Shown: piece by piece, positions 1-9,042 of the stretch
Layout of the letters: each line of letters starts with the position of its first letter
Numbering within the stretch: position 1 is the first letter of the stretch
NCBI GenBank assembly: GCA_031409275.1
Contig: JANNXA010000004.1
Location: 1-46,660 of the forward strand
Origin: Planctomycetota bacterium
GTDB taxonomy: Bacteria; Planctomycetota; B15-G4; SIAN01
Direction of reading: 5' to 3'
DNA: 46,660 nt
Program-made: the position numbers and the translations under genes
The notes under the pieces: generated by a model
Told to the model about the DNA's origin: nothing
Database searches by the model: none
Seen by the model: only the letters and a program-made list of their open reading frames with translations

Positions 1-1
1 C

Positions 2-1036
2 GAAGTCGGCGAGTGGGGACGCCCGCCTCCATGGCCTGCGGCTCCCGGCCACGGCCGCTCCCGCACCGAGCGCGGCATCACGTCCGCCGAGCGCCTCCTT
101 CTTATCGACTGGGCCACGGGCGGCGCGCCGCGCGGCGCGCCCGACTCGCCGCCGCTGTCGGTGCCGCCGGTCGCGCGCAGCAGCGACGGCTGGCGGATCG
201 GCGAGCCCGACCTCGTCGTCAAGACCGCGACCAGGATGAATCTGCCCGCGACCGGCGTGCTGCCCTACCAATACGCCCTGCTTCCGTACGTCTTCCTCGA
301 GGAGACCTGGGTAGCGGCCGTCGAGATCCGCGCGAGCAACCCGCGCGTCATGCACCACTGCAACCTCGCCCATGTGCGCGTCGGCGAGGAGTACCGCACC
401 GAGAACTTCATCACGGGTCAGGTCCCGGGCGGCGATCCGCTGGTGCTCGAACCCGGAGTCGCGGTACGGATCCCTGCGGGATCGATCCTCGCGCTGCAGA
501 TCCACTATGTGACCAGCGGCAAGGTCGAGCAGGACGAGATCTCGGTCGCCCTGCGCTACCCACGCTTCCCGGTGCAGAAGCAGATGCGCCATTTCGAGAT
601 CGCCGACTTCCGCTTCACGATCCCGCCCCACGCGAGCGCCCATCCGGTGAGCGCCGCCGCGACCTTCGACGTCGACGCCATCGGCATCGGCATGTTCGTG
701 CACATGCACACGCGCGGCCGCGACATGCGCTTCGAAGCGCTCGCTCCCGACGCCGCGCCCGAGACCCTGCTGCTGGTGCCCACCTACGACTTCGACTGGC
801 AGGCGTCCTACCGCTGGTTCCCCGGGCGGCAGCGCTTCGCCGCCGGTACCCGCGTCCACTGCCTGGCCCACTACGACAACTCGCGCTTCAATCCGTTCAA
901 CCCCGACCCGGCGGCGAGCGTCCGCTTCGGCCAGCAGACGACCCAGGAAATGATGTACGGCTTCCTCTTCTGGGTCGCCGCCGACGAGCACCTTCATCTC
1001 GACGTCGATCCGACCAGCGGCCGCGCACGGAGCTGA
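2..1036 (+). CDS. C-terminal part (5' truncated by window) of a redoxin/cytochrome-associated copper type II monooxygenase-like protein
   Basis: The frame is open from base 2 (EVGEWGRPPPW...LLIDWATGGAPRG) into the 161..1036 ORF. Motifs VMHHCN, HMHTRG, YDFDWQ and EMMYGF are typical of the PHM/monooxygenase-like fold. Confidence 0.7.
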   Translation, partial: EVGEWGRPPPWPAAPGHGRSRTERGITSAERLLLIDWATGGAPRGAPDSPPLSVPPVARSSDGWRIGEPDLVVKTATRMNLPATGVLPYQYALLPYVFLEETWVAAVEIRASNPRVMHHCNLAHVRVGEEYRTENFITGQVPGGDPLVLEPGVAVRIPAGSILALQIHYVTSGKVEQDEISVALRYPRFPVQKQMRHFEIADFRFTIPPHASAHPVSAAATFDVDAIGIGMFVHMHTRGRDMRFEALAPDAAPETLLLVPTYDFDWQASYRWFPGRQRFAAGTRVHCLAHYDNSRFNPFNPDPAASVRFGQQTTQEMMYGFLFWVAADEHLHLDVDPTSGRARS

Positions 1037-1119
1037 ACTGGCGTCGGCCGCTGCGCGGGCTACGCTGCTCGCCGTTGATCGATCGGCCCCACTCCAAGCG
1101 AAACGGCGCCCCTTCCAAC

Positions 1120-1650
1120 ATGCTCGAAGCCAAGCCGGCCAAGATCCGCTCCCATCACCTCATCCACTCCAACGTCGGTCCCGCGAAGGGGCAGATCGAA
1201 GGGGCGACGATCAAGGAGCTGAAGCTCTGGCCCGATGACCGCGGCCACTTCGGCGAGATCTTCCGCGACAACGAGGAGGTCGTCGCCGGCTTCACGGTGA
1301 AACAGTCGTCGCTGACGCTGACGCGCCCGAACGTGATCAAGGCGTTCCACTTCCACCTCGATCAGGATGACCTCTTCGTTCCGCTGCGCGGCACCGTGCG
1401 CATCGCGCTGGTGGACTGCCGCGTGCAGTCGCCGACCTTCGGCATCGCCAACTCGATCTTCGCCGGCGCGCAGTACCCCAAAGCGGTCCGCATCCCGCGC
1501 GGCGTAGCGCATGGCTACGAGGTGCTGCCAGGCGACGACCTGCTGATGGTCTACTACACCGATCAGCACTACAACCCCAAGGATGAGTACCGCTTCCACC
1601 ACGACGATCCGGCGATCGGCTTCACGTGGTGGGGCATCGAGAATCGATGA
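1120..1650 (+). CDS. dTDP-4-dehydrorhamnose 3,5-epimerase (RmlC/RfbC) family cupin
   Basis: C-terminal 176 aa of the 13..1650 ORF, ATG at 1120. Motifs DDRGHFGE, IKAFHFH, IPRGVAHGY and DDPAIGFTW. Confidence 0.85.
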   Translation: MLEAKPAKIRSHHLIHSNVGPAKGQIEGATIKELKLWPDDRGHFGEIFRDNEEVVAGFTVKQSSLTLTRPNVIKAFHFHLDQDDLFVPLRGTVRIALVDCRVQSPTFGIANSIFAGAQYPKAVRIPRGVAHGYEVLPGDDLLMVYYTDQHYNPKDEYRFHHDDPAIGFTWWGIENR

Positions 1651-2117
1651 GCGCGCGTCGTCGCGCCTCGAAGGCGAAGTCGCCGCGCCGCGCCGCGCCG
1701 TCGGTGGCGCGCTGGACCGACATCGTCGTCGCCGTCGTGCGCGACGGCGAAAGGTTGCTGGTGGCGCGCCGGCCGGTCGCGGCGCCGCTCGGCGGCTACG
1801 ACGAGTTTCCGGGCGGCAAGCGCGAAGGCGATGAAACGCTGGAAGCGACCTGCGTGCGCGAGGTGCTGGAGGAAACCGGTCTCGCGATCGCCGTCGACAA
1901 ACTGCTTGCCGTCTCGTGGTTCGAGGGCGACGGGGGCCGTCTCGCGCTGAGCTTCTTCCAATGCCATCCGCTCGGCGCCACCGAGCCGAACGAAGAGGCG
2001 CGCACCCAGCGGCAGGCGCGCTGGATCTTGCGCAGCGAACTGGCGCAGCTGAACTTTCCGCCCGCGAACCAGAAGGTGATCGAACTGCTGCTGGCCGAAA
2101 CTGCGGCGACGTCGTGA
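1647..2117 (+). CDS. Nudix hydrolase, MutT-like
   Basis: Nudix box GGKREGDETLEATCVREVLEETGL and FPPAN near the C-terminus. ATGA overlap with the upstream stop. Confidence 0.88.
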   Translation: MSARRRASKAKSPRRAAPSVARWTDIVVAVVRDGERLLVARRPVAAPLGGYDEFPGGKREGDETLEATCVREVLEETGLAIAVDKLLAVSWFEGDGGRLALSFFQCHPLGATEPNEEARTQRQARWILRSELAQLNFPPANQKVIELLLAETAATS

Positions 2118-3181
2118 CGCCGCCGGCCGCCGCCTGGTCGAGCTTCGCCCCGGGCCGCCTCGCCCTGTTCGGCCACCACGATGAAGAACTCGGGCTCGCG
2201 ACCTTGACCCTCGCGATCGACCGTGGCGTCACGCTTCGCGCCCAGACGCAAGGCGCCGGCGGCGTGCGTTTCACCGGAGCCACGCCGACCTGCGCCGCGC
2301 CGCTGCTGCGCGCCGCGACGACGGCGCTCGAGGAGGAGGGGCTCGCCTCCGCGCTGCGCGAGCTGCACGCCACGATCGAGGTCGATGACGCGTTGCCCGC
2401 CGACTGGGAAGCGGGTCGCGACGAGGCGCTCGCCGTCGCGCTGCTCGAGCTCCTGCTGGCGCCGCTTGGCGTCGCGGGCGCGCGCTGGCGCGAGCCGCGC
2501 CGACTCGGCGAACTCGCCGGTTCCGTCGCGACCGCAGTCGACGCGTCGGCATCGCGCGCGGCGGCGCTGGCGAGCGCGCTGCATGGGCTCCACCACTGCC
2601 AGCCGGGGCCGACCCCGTTCGTGCAGCGGTTGGTCGCGCCGCTCGAAGCGTTCGTGCTGATCGACGCGGACGACGCGGTCGCGGCGCGCGCCGCCGCAGC
2701 GGCCGCGCGCGCACGGCGACGCGAAGCGATCGCGCGATGGCGCGAGGAGGTTCCGGGACTCGACCTCGTCCCGCTCTCCTTCGACGCGGCGTGGAACCTC
2801 CTGGTCGACCATCCCGATCGCGGCAACCCGGACTTCGCAGGAGCCTCGCGCGACGAGCTGGTGCTGGCGGCGCTGCATGGGCGCGACCTGCTGCTTGCGG
2901 CCGGGCGCGTCGCGGCGGAGTCGCCCTTCGATCACGCCCATTTCGGCGAACTGCTCGAGCGCAACGAGGCGCAGCAACGCGCCGCTCTGCGCCGCACCCG
3001 CGGTCCGGATGGCGCGCTGCGAGCGGCGCTGCAGGCGGCGGGCGCGCTCGGGATCGGGGCGCATGGCGGCGCATGGCTCGCGTACGCCGCCGAGGATGCA
3101 CCGCGTCTCGTCGCCGCCGCGAGCTCGCTTTCGCGGCGCGCGTGCGCGGTGTCGGTCAGCGCTTCACCGCGCCAAGCGTGA
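2114..3181 (+). CDS. Divergent GHMP-kinase-fold protein (galactokinase/mevalonate kinase-like), possibly inactive
   Basis: N-terminal APGRLALFGHH resembles APGRxxLFGEH and the C-terminus has FGELL...AGALGIGAHGG. The PxGxGLGSS ATP loop is missing. GTGA overlap with the Nudix stop. Confidence 0.55.
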   Translation: MTPPAAAWSSFAPGRLALFGHHDEELGLATLTLAIDRGVTLRAQTQGAGGVRFTGATPTCAAPLLRAATTALEEEGLASALRELHATIEVDDALPADWEAGRDEALAVALLELLLAPLGVAGARWREPRRLGELAGSVATAVDASASRAAALASALHGLHHCQPGPTPFVQRLVAPLEAFVLIDADDAVAARAAAAAARARRREAIARWREEVPGLDLVPLSFDAAWNLLVDHPDRGNPDFAGASRDELVLAALHGRDLLLAAGRVAAESPFDHAHFGELLERNEAQQRAALRRTRGPDGALRAALQAAGALGIGAHGGAWLAYAAEDAPRLVAAASSLSRRACAVSVSASPRQA

Positions 3182-3512
3182 GCGGATCCTTCGGACCACC
3201 GCACGCTTCGCAGCCGCAGAACGCGCGCATGCGATCGTAGGTGTAGATCCCGGTCGCATGGCCGTCGCTCCACTGGATGCGCAGGCCATAGTTGCCGACC
3301 GCCTCCATCTCGAGCGGCGCGACGTCGGCAGGGATCAGCTCCGGCTTCACCATGACCTCGCCGGTCCACTCCTGGATGCAGTGGGCGCACGGGCAGGCGA
3401 GCCGCAGATCACGCACGTCGTAGCGACTGGCGTGGCCGTCGCTCCACTTCACGCCGAGCGTGCGTGCGTCGGCCTGGAACAGTTCGAGGGGCGCGACGAT
3501 GGGCTTCGCCAT
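3156..3512 (-). CDS. DUF971 / GBBH-like N-terminal domain protein
   Basis: WSDGH..Y...LRLACPCAHC...VGNYGLRIQWSDGHATGIY signature. ATG at 3512. Confidence 0.88.
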   Translation of the reverse strand: MAKPIVAPLELFQADARTLGVKWSDGHASRYDVRDLRLACPCAHCIQEWTGEVMVKPELIPADVAPLEMEAVGNYGLRIQWSDGHATGIYTYDRMRAFCGCEACGGPKDPLTLGAVKR

Positions 3513-3519
3513 CGCGCGC

Positions 3520-4758
3520 TCAGTGCTTGCAGCCGGGCCCGTGCGCATGGCCATGACCGTGGTCATGGTCATGGTCGCCGCCGGGTCCGTGCGAATGGCC
3601 GTGGTCGTGGGCCGCGGGCGTCGTAGGCGCGGTGCCCGCGGCGCCGGCGGCTCCGGGCGCGTTCCAGAAGAGTTTCACGTTCGCCTGTGCCGGCGCCTGC
3701 GCGTTGGCGATCGAGAGCTGCGCCGCCATCGCGCCGGCGATCTTGCGATACGCCTCGCTCACCGCCGACTTCGGATTGCGCAGCATGATCGGCTGACCGC
3801 TGTCGCCGCCGAGGACGACCTCGGGATCGAGCGGTACTTCGCCGAGGAAGGGCACGCCCAGGCGCACCGATTCGCCCTGCCCGCCGCCGTGGCGGAAGAT
3901 CTCGGTCTTCTCGCCGCAGTGGCCGCAGACGAAGAAGCTCATGTTCTCGACGAGGCCGAGCACGGGCACGTTCACCTGCTCGAACATCTTCAGCCCTTTG
4001 CGGGCATCGAGCAGGCTCACGTCTTGAGGGGTGGTGACGATCACGGCGCCGGCGAGCGGCGCCTGCTGGCAGAGCGTGAGCTGGATGTCGCCGGTGCCCG
4101 GCGGCAGATCGATCAGCAGGTAGTCGAGCGTGCCCCACTCGACCACGTTCAGGAACTGCTGGATGAGCCCCGACACCATCGGCCCGCGCCAGATCACCGG
4201 CGTGTTGTCATCGGAGAGGTAGCCCATCGACATCGACGCGAGGCCATGCGCGACGATCGGGAGGATCTTCTTGTCCGGCGTCATCTGCGGCCGCTTCTGC
4301 ACGCCGAGCATCATCGGAATGCTCGGACCGTAGACGTCGGCGTCGAGGATGCCGACCTTGGCTCCGCGCTCGGCGAGGGCGAGGGCGAGGTTGACCGCGG
4401 TCGTCGACTTGCCCACGCCGCCCTTGCCGGACGCGACCGCAACGACGTTTCGAACCCCGGGCAGCGTCACCTTGCCGCTGAAGTTGCGGCCGGTGGTGGT
4501 GGCGGTCATGTTGACTTCGACCTGCTTCACTCCGGGCAGCGCGGCGACCTTCTTCTCGCACTCCGCCTTGAGCTGCTCCTTCACCGGACACGCCGGCGTG
4601 GTCAGGTCGACGTCGAAGCGGACCTTGCCGCCGTCGATGGCGAGGTTCTTGACGAAGCCGAGCTCGACGATGTTCCGGTGGAGGTCGGGATCGTTGACGC
4701 TCTTCAGGACGTCGAGCACTTGCGCCGACGTCACGGTCGATTTCGAGCTGCCGAACAT
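3520..4758 (-). CDS. apbC: Mrp/ApbC/NBP35 iron-sulfur cluster carrier ATPase with N-terminal DUF59 and His-rich tail
   Basis: Motifs DPDLHRNIVELG, LTTPACP, SGKGGVGKST, DADVYGPS, WRGPM, DLPPGTGD and ENMS..CGHC. GAGG RBS before the ATG at 4758. Confidence 0.93.
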   Translation of the reverse strand: MFGSSKSTVTSAQVLDVLKSVNDPDLHRNIVELGFVKNLAIDGGKVRFDVDLTTPACPVKEQLKAECEKKVAALPGVKQVEVNMTATTTGRNFSGKVTLPGVRNVVAVASGKGGVGKSTTAVNLALALAERGAKVGILDADVYGPSIPMMLGVQKRPQMTPDKKILPIVAHGLASMSMGYLSDDNTPVIWRGPMVSGLIQQFLNVVEWGTLDYLLIDLPPGTGDIQLTLCQQAPLAGAVIVTTPQDVSLLDARKGLKMFEQVNVPVLGLVENMSFFVCGHCGEKTEIFRHGGGQGESVRLGVPFLGEVPLDPEVVLGGDSGQPIMLRNPKSAVSEAYRKIAGAMAAQLSIANAQAPAQANVKLFWNAPGAAGAAGTAPTTPAAHDHGHSHGPGGDHDHDHGHGHAHGPGCKH

Positions 4759-4863
4759 GCGGACCTCGCTGTCGCGGCGCATCGCCGCTTGGATTCGAAA
4801 AGGGGCGCGCACTCTAGCGATGGCTGAAGCCGACCATGCGCGACCCGACCGCGACAAGGGCCA

Positions 4864-5340
4864 TCAGCGGAAGAGGGAACCGACCTCGAAGCGCGCGATG
4901 GCTGCAACGAGGTAGCGGCCATCGTCGCCTTCGCGCAGCGCGAGTTCGACGTCGAGGCGAAACGGCGCGCCACCGCCACGCTGCAGGGCGGCCAGGCCGC
5001 TCCCCTCGGCGACAACGCGAGGCGTGCCGTCCGCGTCGAACGTCAGCGTCGTCGCGCCACGCGAGAGATGGAGTTCCGAAAGCCTGGGCAAAAGCGCATG
5101 CAAGGCGGCCGGGAGCGACGTGTGATTCGGCAACCAGGGCAGCGTGCGCGACCACTCCACCTCCTCGGTGCACCAAAATAGGACGGCCGCCTCGTCGCGC
5201 GCCTCGAACGCCGCCTCGAGGCCATCGAGCGTCGCCTCGACGCGCTCTTCGTCGCTCTCGATGCACCAGTCGATCAGCAATGGCAGCAGCACCAGCGCGG
5301 CCGCGGCGGCGATCGCGAGGCGGCGGGTCCGCGCCGTCAC
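4864..5340 (-). CDS. Hypothetical membrane-anchored protein, possibly NTF2/SnoaL-like fold
   Basis: Hydrophobic N-terminal segment followed by SDEERVEATLDGLEAAFEARD. Co-oriented between the flanking genes. The GTG start at 5340 is uncertain. Confidence 0.55.
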   Translation of the reverse strand: MTARTRRLAIAAAAALVLLPLLIDWCIESDEERVEATLDGLEAAFEARDEAAVLFWCTEEVEWSRTLPWLPNHTSLPAALHALLPRLSELHLSRGATTLTFDADGTPRVVAEGSGLAALQRGGGAPFRLDVELALREGDDGRYLVAAIARFEVGSLFR

Positions 5341-5368
5341 GGTGTGCGCCGTAGCGCGCCGGCGCAGC

Positions 5369-6376
5369 TCATGAGCTGCCCGATGGGCGAATCGAACGAA
5401 TCGCCGCGACGACGGCCGCGTGCAGAGGCCCGTTGGTGGCAACGATGCCCTGGTTGCGTTCGAGTTTGCGTCCGGTCGTGAAGTCGAGCGCTTTTCCGTC
5501 GACGTCGGTCACGCGCCCGCCTGCCTCCTCGATGACGCGCACCCCCGCGGCCTGATCCCATAGGTTCTCGCGATAGTCGGCGGAGGTCGGTAGCCGCAGG
5601 TAGATCTCGCCGTCGCCGCGCGCGAGGACCGCGTACTTCGCCTGGCTGTCGAGCCGCACACTCGCGGCGCCGCAGCGCAGCGCCTGCCGCACCTGCTCGT
5701 GGCCACCATGGTCGCCGTGCGCCGCCTCGACGCTCTCGACGATGCGGGCGACCGTCGGGTCGGTGCACGTGGAGGCGCGAGCCGCCGCCGCAGCACTTGG
5801 AAGCGCCGCGGCACCGAGCGGCCTGATCTCGACCCCCTGGCCGCGCACCGCGATCAGGAGACAGCCGGGGGCGCCAGCGAACGCGAGGTTCGGGCAGGCG
5901 AGCGCGCCCACCTCGACCTCGCCTCGGTCGAGCAGCGCGAGCGCGACGGCGTACTGCTCGCCGCGCAGGACCCCCTTGGTGCCGTCGATCGGGTCGAGGC
6001 ACCAGAAGCGGCCGCGGCCGCCGTTGCTGCGCGCGCGATCGATCCAGCCGAGCACATCCGCGTCGGTCGCCGCCGGCACCTGAACGCGCACCTCGGCGCA
6101 GACTTCGGCCGCGATCGTTGCGCGACCCGCTTCGCGCAGTTCGGCGGCGTCTTCTTCCCCCATCACCTCGTCGCCGGGGAAGTGGCGCGCGAGTGTCCTG
6201 CAAACGAGCGCCTGCGAGCCGAAATCGGCGATCGTCACCGGGCTCTTGTCCCCTTTGGTGAGGGAGGCGCCCGCCACTTTGCGGCGCTGGACGCGCTCGC
6301 AAAGTCGTGCGGCTTCCGAAACAGCCTCGATCGCCGCCGTACGTTCAGGATCGTATTTCGAACTTTTCGTGCTCAT
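5369..6376 (-). CDS. 3'(2'),5'-bisphosphate nucleotidase, HAL2/SAL1-like inositol monophosphatase family
   Basis: Motifs KGDKSPVTIADFGSQA, GEED, LDPIDGTKG, SQAKY and WDQAAG..IEEAGGRVTD. Confidence 0.9.
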   Translation of the reverse strand: MSTKSSKYDPERTAAIEAVSEAARLCERVQRRKVAGASLTKGDKSPVTIADFGSQALVCRTLARHFPGDEVMGEEDAAELREAGRATIAAEVCAEVRVQVPAATDADVLGWIDRARSNGGRGRFWCLDPIDGTKGVLRGEQYAVALALLDRGEVEVGALACPNLAFAGAPGCLLIAVRGQGVEIRPLGAAALPSAAAAARASTCTDPTVARIVESVEAAHGDHGGHEQVRQALRCGAASVRLDSQAKYAVLARGDGEIYLRLPTSADYRENLWDQAAGVRVIEEAGGRVTDVDGKALDFTTGRKLERNQGIVATNGPLHAAVVAAIRSIRPSGSS

Positions 6377-6650
6377 CTCGCACCTTTCGAGCGTTCGTTT
6401 CTGGCGAACTCCCCTGAGACGCCCCAGAGAGCCGCTTCTTCAAGGTTCTATCTTGGCTAGGATGCCCCACGGTTTCTCCCCCCTGCCCGAGCAGTCGGGT
6501 CGCCACTCGAGGGGAACGAGTGCGGCGGCCACGCGATCCGAACGCGAACCCGGTTTGGCATTACCCCGGTTCGGAGAGCGATGGCCAGGTGGGATCGGCG
6601 GACAGCGCCCCTGGGGACCTCACTCGCGGGCGCCCAATCAAGGGACTCCC

Positions 6651-6932
6651 ATGGCTGATGCGAAATCGGGTGGCAAGAAGGCGACTCCTGCGGTTCTGAT
6701 GATCCCGGTAACTCCCGATGAGTTGCTCGCGAAGGTCGTCGGTAGCGCGCCGCTGTCTCGGAGCGAGGTGACGAAGAAGCTCTGGGACTACATCAAGGCG
6801 AAGGGTCTGCAGGACCCGAAGAACAAGCGCATGATCAACGCCGACGACGCCCTCAAGGCGGTCTTCGCCGGCAAGGCGCAAGTCTCGATGTTCGAGATGA
6901 CGTCGCTGGTCAACAAGCACATCAAGGCGTGA
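6651..6932 (+). CDS. Stand-alone SWIB/MDM2 domain protein
   Basis: Sequence LAKVVG..PLSRSEVTKKLWDYIKAKGLQDPKNKRMINADDALKAVF...SMFEM. ATG at 6651 after AAGGGA. Confidence 0.92.
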   Translation: MADAKSGGKKATPAVLMIPVTPDELLAKVVGSAPLSRSEVTKKLWDYIKAKGLQDPKNKRMINADDALKAVFAGKAQVSMFEMTSLVNKHIKA

Positions 6933-7077
6933 ACCGAGCGGCGTAGCCACGCCGCCCGCAACCGTCTCCGGCATGGGGTGCACGCGCGCGCGTGCGCCCC
7001 ATGCGGGCGTGTTGCGCGATGCGATGGGCGGCAACCGCGACGCTTCAAGACGCTTCACATCGTCTGGCGACGGTCGG

Positions 7078-8004
7078 TCACTCGCCGGCGGCGATCGCCT
7101 CGAGCAGGCGCTTGGCCGCCAGAATTCCGTCCGTCTCAGCGAGGCGCTCGCCCTCGTACTCGATGCCGACGTACCCGCGATAACCGGCCGCGCGGACGAT
7201 GCCGAACATCCGCGCGAAGTCGGTCCGGGTCTCGCGCCCCGCTTCGTCGAAGTCATGGCACTTCGCCGACACCGCTTTCGCGAACGGCATCATCGCGGCG
7301 ACGGCGGCGTAACGATCGACGTCGTCCGGGAAGTTGCCGAAGTCGGGAAGAGTCCCGACGTTGGCCATTCCGACCCCCCGCATCACGGCGACGAGGTCGT
7401 CGGGGTAGGACGACATCCCCCAGTGGTTTTCGCAGAGCACGTTCAGCCCGCGCTCGGCGGCCATCGCTCCGAGCCGCTTCAAGCTGTCGATGCAACGATC
7501 GCGGTCGCCTGAATTGGCTGGACGTCCGCTGCTGTTGACGCGAATCGAATGGCAACCGAGATTCGCGGCGATCTCGATCCACTTGTGATGGTTGGCGACC
7601 GCCTGCAATCGATCGAGCTCGCTCTCGGCCGAGAGGTCGCCCTCGGCGTCGCACATGATCAACAGGATCTTCACGTCGTGACGCCGCGCGTTGGCCAGCA
7701 GCTCCTGCTGCGCGCGCCAGGTCGGCGACGGGAACATCGTGTTCACCAGCTCGATCGCCCCGATGCCGAACTCCTCGCGCGCGACCCGCGGGAAGTCGGC
7801 GAGCGGCAGCTTGCCCTCCTGGAAGTGGCGCCGATGAAGCGACCAGCCCGCCAGCGAGATTCGGAACCACGGCTCCTCGCGCGCGGCACGCGAAGCTTCG
7901 ACCGGCCGCGCGGAGGCGGCGGGAGCGGCGCTCATCAGCAACGGCGCCGCGGCCATCGCCGCTCCTAACGACCCGAGCGAGTGCAGGAATTCACGTCGAT
8001 CCAC
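7078..8004 (-). CDS. Tat-exported sugar phosphate isomerase/epimerase (xylose isomerase-like TIM barrel)
   Basis: DRREFL twin-arginine signal. Motifs CENHWG, TLPDFGNF, VSAK and VGIEYEG. AGGAGA RBS before the GTG. Confidence 0.85.
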   Translation of the reverse strand: MDRREFLHSLGSLGAAMAAAPLLMSAAPAASARPVEASRAAREEPWFRISLAGWSLHRRHFQEGKLPLADFPRVAREEFGIGAIELVNTMFPSPTWRAQQELLANARRHDVKILLIMCDAEGDLSAESELDRLQAVANHHKWIEIAANLGCHSIRVNSSGRPANSGDRDRCIDSLKRLGAMAAERGLNVLCENHWGMSSYPDDLVAVMRGVGMANVGTLPDFGNFPDDVDRYAAVAAMMPFAKAVSAKCHDFDEAGRETRTDFARMFGIVRAAGYRGYVGIEYEGERLAETDGILAAKRLLEAIAAGE

Positions 8005-8157
8005 GGCGACTCTCCTGGGGCGGCGCTCCGCATCACCGAGTGCTCTGAATGAACAGCGGGGCGCAGCTCGGTCTAGAGCCGCGCCCCGCTGGTGTTCGAT
8101 CATGGACGGCTGTCTCGGGCCGACGCGCCAGCGCTCAGCCGCGCGCGTCGACGTCGA

Positions 8158-8742
8158 TCACTTCATGTCCTTCATGTAGCTCTTCAGGCCGTCGAAGTTC
8201 GGCTTCATGGCCTTGGCGCCCGCCTTCCAGTTGGCCGGGCAGACCTCGCCGTTCGCCTTCGTGTAGTGGAAGGCCTCGATCAGGCGCAGCGTCTCTTCGA
8301 CATTTCGACCGACGGCGAGGTTGTTCACGGTGGCGTGCTGGACCACTCCGTCGGGATCGACCAGGAAGAGCGCGCGCAACGCGATGCCGGCATCGGTGAG
8401 CACGCCGAGCGAGCGCGCCAGATTGCCGCCGAGATCGGCGAGGAGCGCCATCTTGATGCCCTCGACGCCGCCCTCCGCGCGCGGCGTCTTCTGGTAGACG
8501 CGATGGCTGAAGTGGCTGTCGACGCTGACGCCGTAGACCTTGGCGTTCAACTTGTCGAATTGAGCGGCCGCATTGTCGTAGGCGACGATCTCCGTCGGGC
8601 AGACGAAGGTGAAGTCGAGGGGATAGAAGAGCAGGACCGACCACTTGCCCTTCAACGCGGAGTTCTCGACGGTCGAGAATTCGCCAGCCGTGCTGGCGTT
8701 CAACTTGAAGGCCGGCAACTGCTTGCCAACGATGCTGTCCAT
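8158..8742 (-). CDS. ahpC: Typical 2-Cys peroxiredoxin (AhpC/Prx1)
   Basis: Motifs FYPLDFTFVCPTE and GEVCPANW. Confidence 0.93.
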   Translation of the reverse strand: MDSIVGKQLPAFKLNASTAGEFSTVENSALKGKWSVLLFYPLDFTFVCPTEIVAYDNAAAQFDKLNAKVYGVSVDSHFSHRVYQKTPRAEGGVEGIKMALLADLGGNLARSLGVLTDAGIALRALFLVDPDGVVQHATVNNLAVGRNVEETLRLIEAFHYTKANGEVCPANWKAGAKAMKPNFDGLKSYMKDMK

Positions 8743-9042
8743 TCGGAATGACTCCTGTACGGGGTGATGAGGTTTCGCGGTTGAGCCGGGCGGCGCCGCG
8801 AGGTTTCGCGGCGCGCCGCGGCCGGACGCGCTGAAGCCGTCGAGGCTCCATCGCTCGCCGCAGCGCTGCTGCGCGCCATGTCGAAGCGGAGCAAGCTACG
8901 GTCCGATCGGACCGAATTCCACGAGACGTGCACCGCCACCGCGAGCGCTCGCGCGGGCGCTCTCTCGACAAGCGGGCCACGGATCGTTTTTCTAGCGGCC
9001 CGCGCGCGCCGTCTCGGCGATCGCCATGGGAGGCTTCCGGAG

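Noticed and set aside
13..1119. N-terminal 369 aa of the 545-aa ORF
   Set aside because: Arg/Pro-rich shadow frame overlapping the real monooxygenase-like gene. Only the part from ATG 1120 is protein-like.
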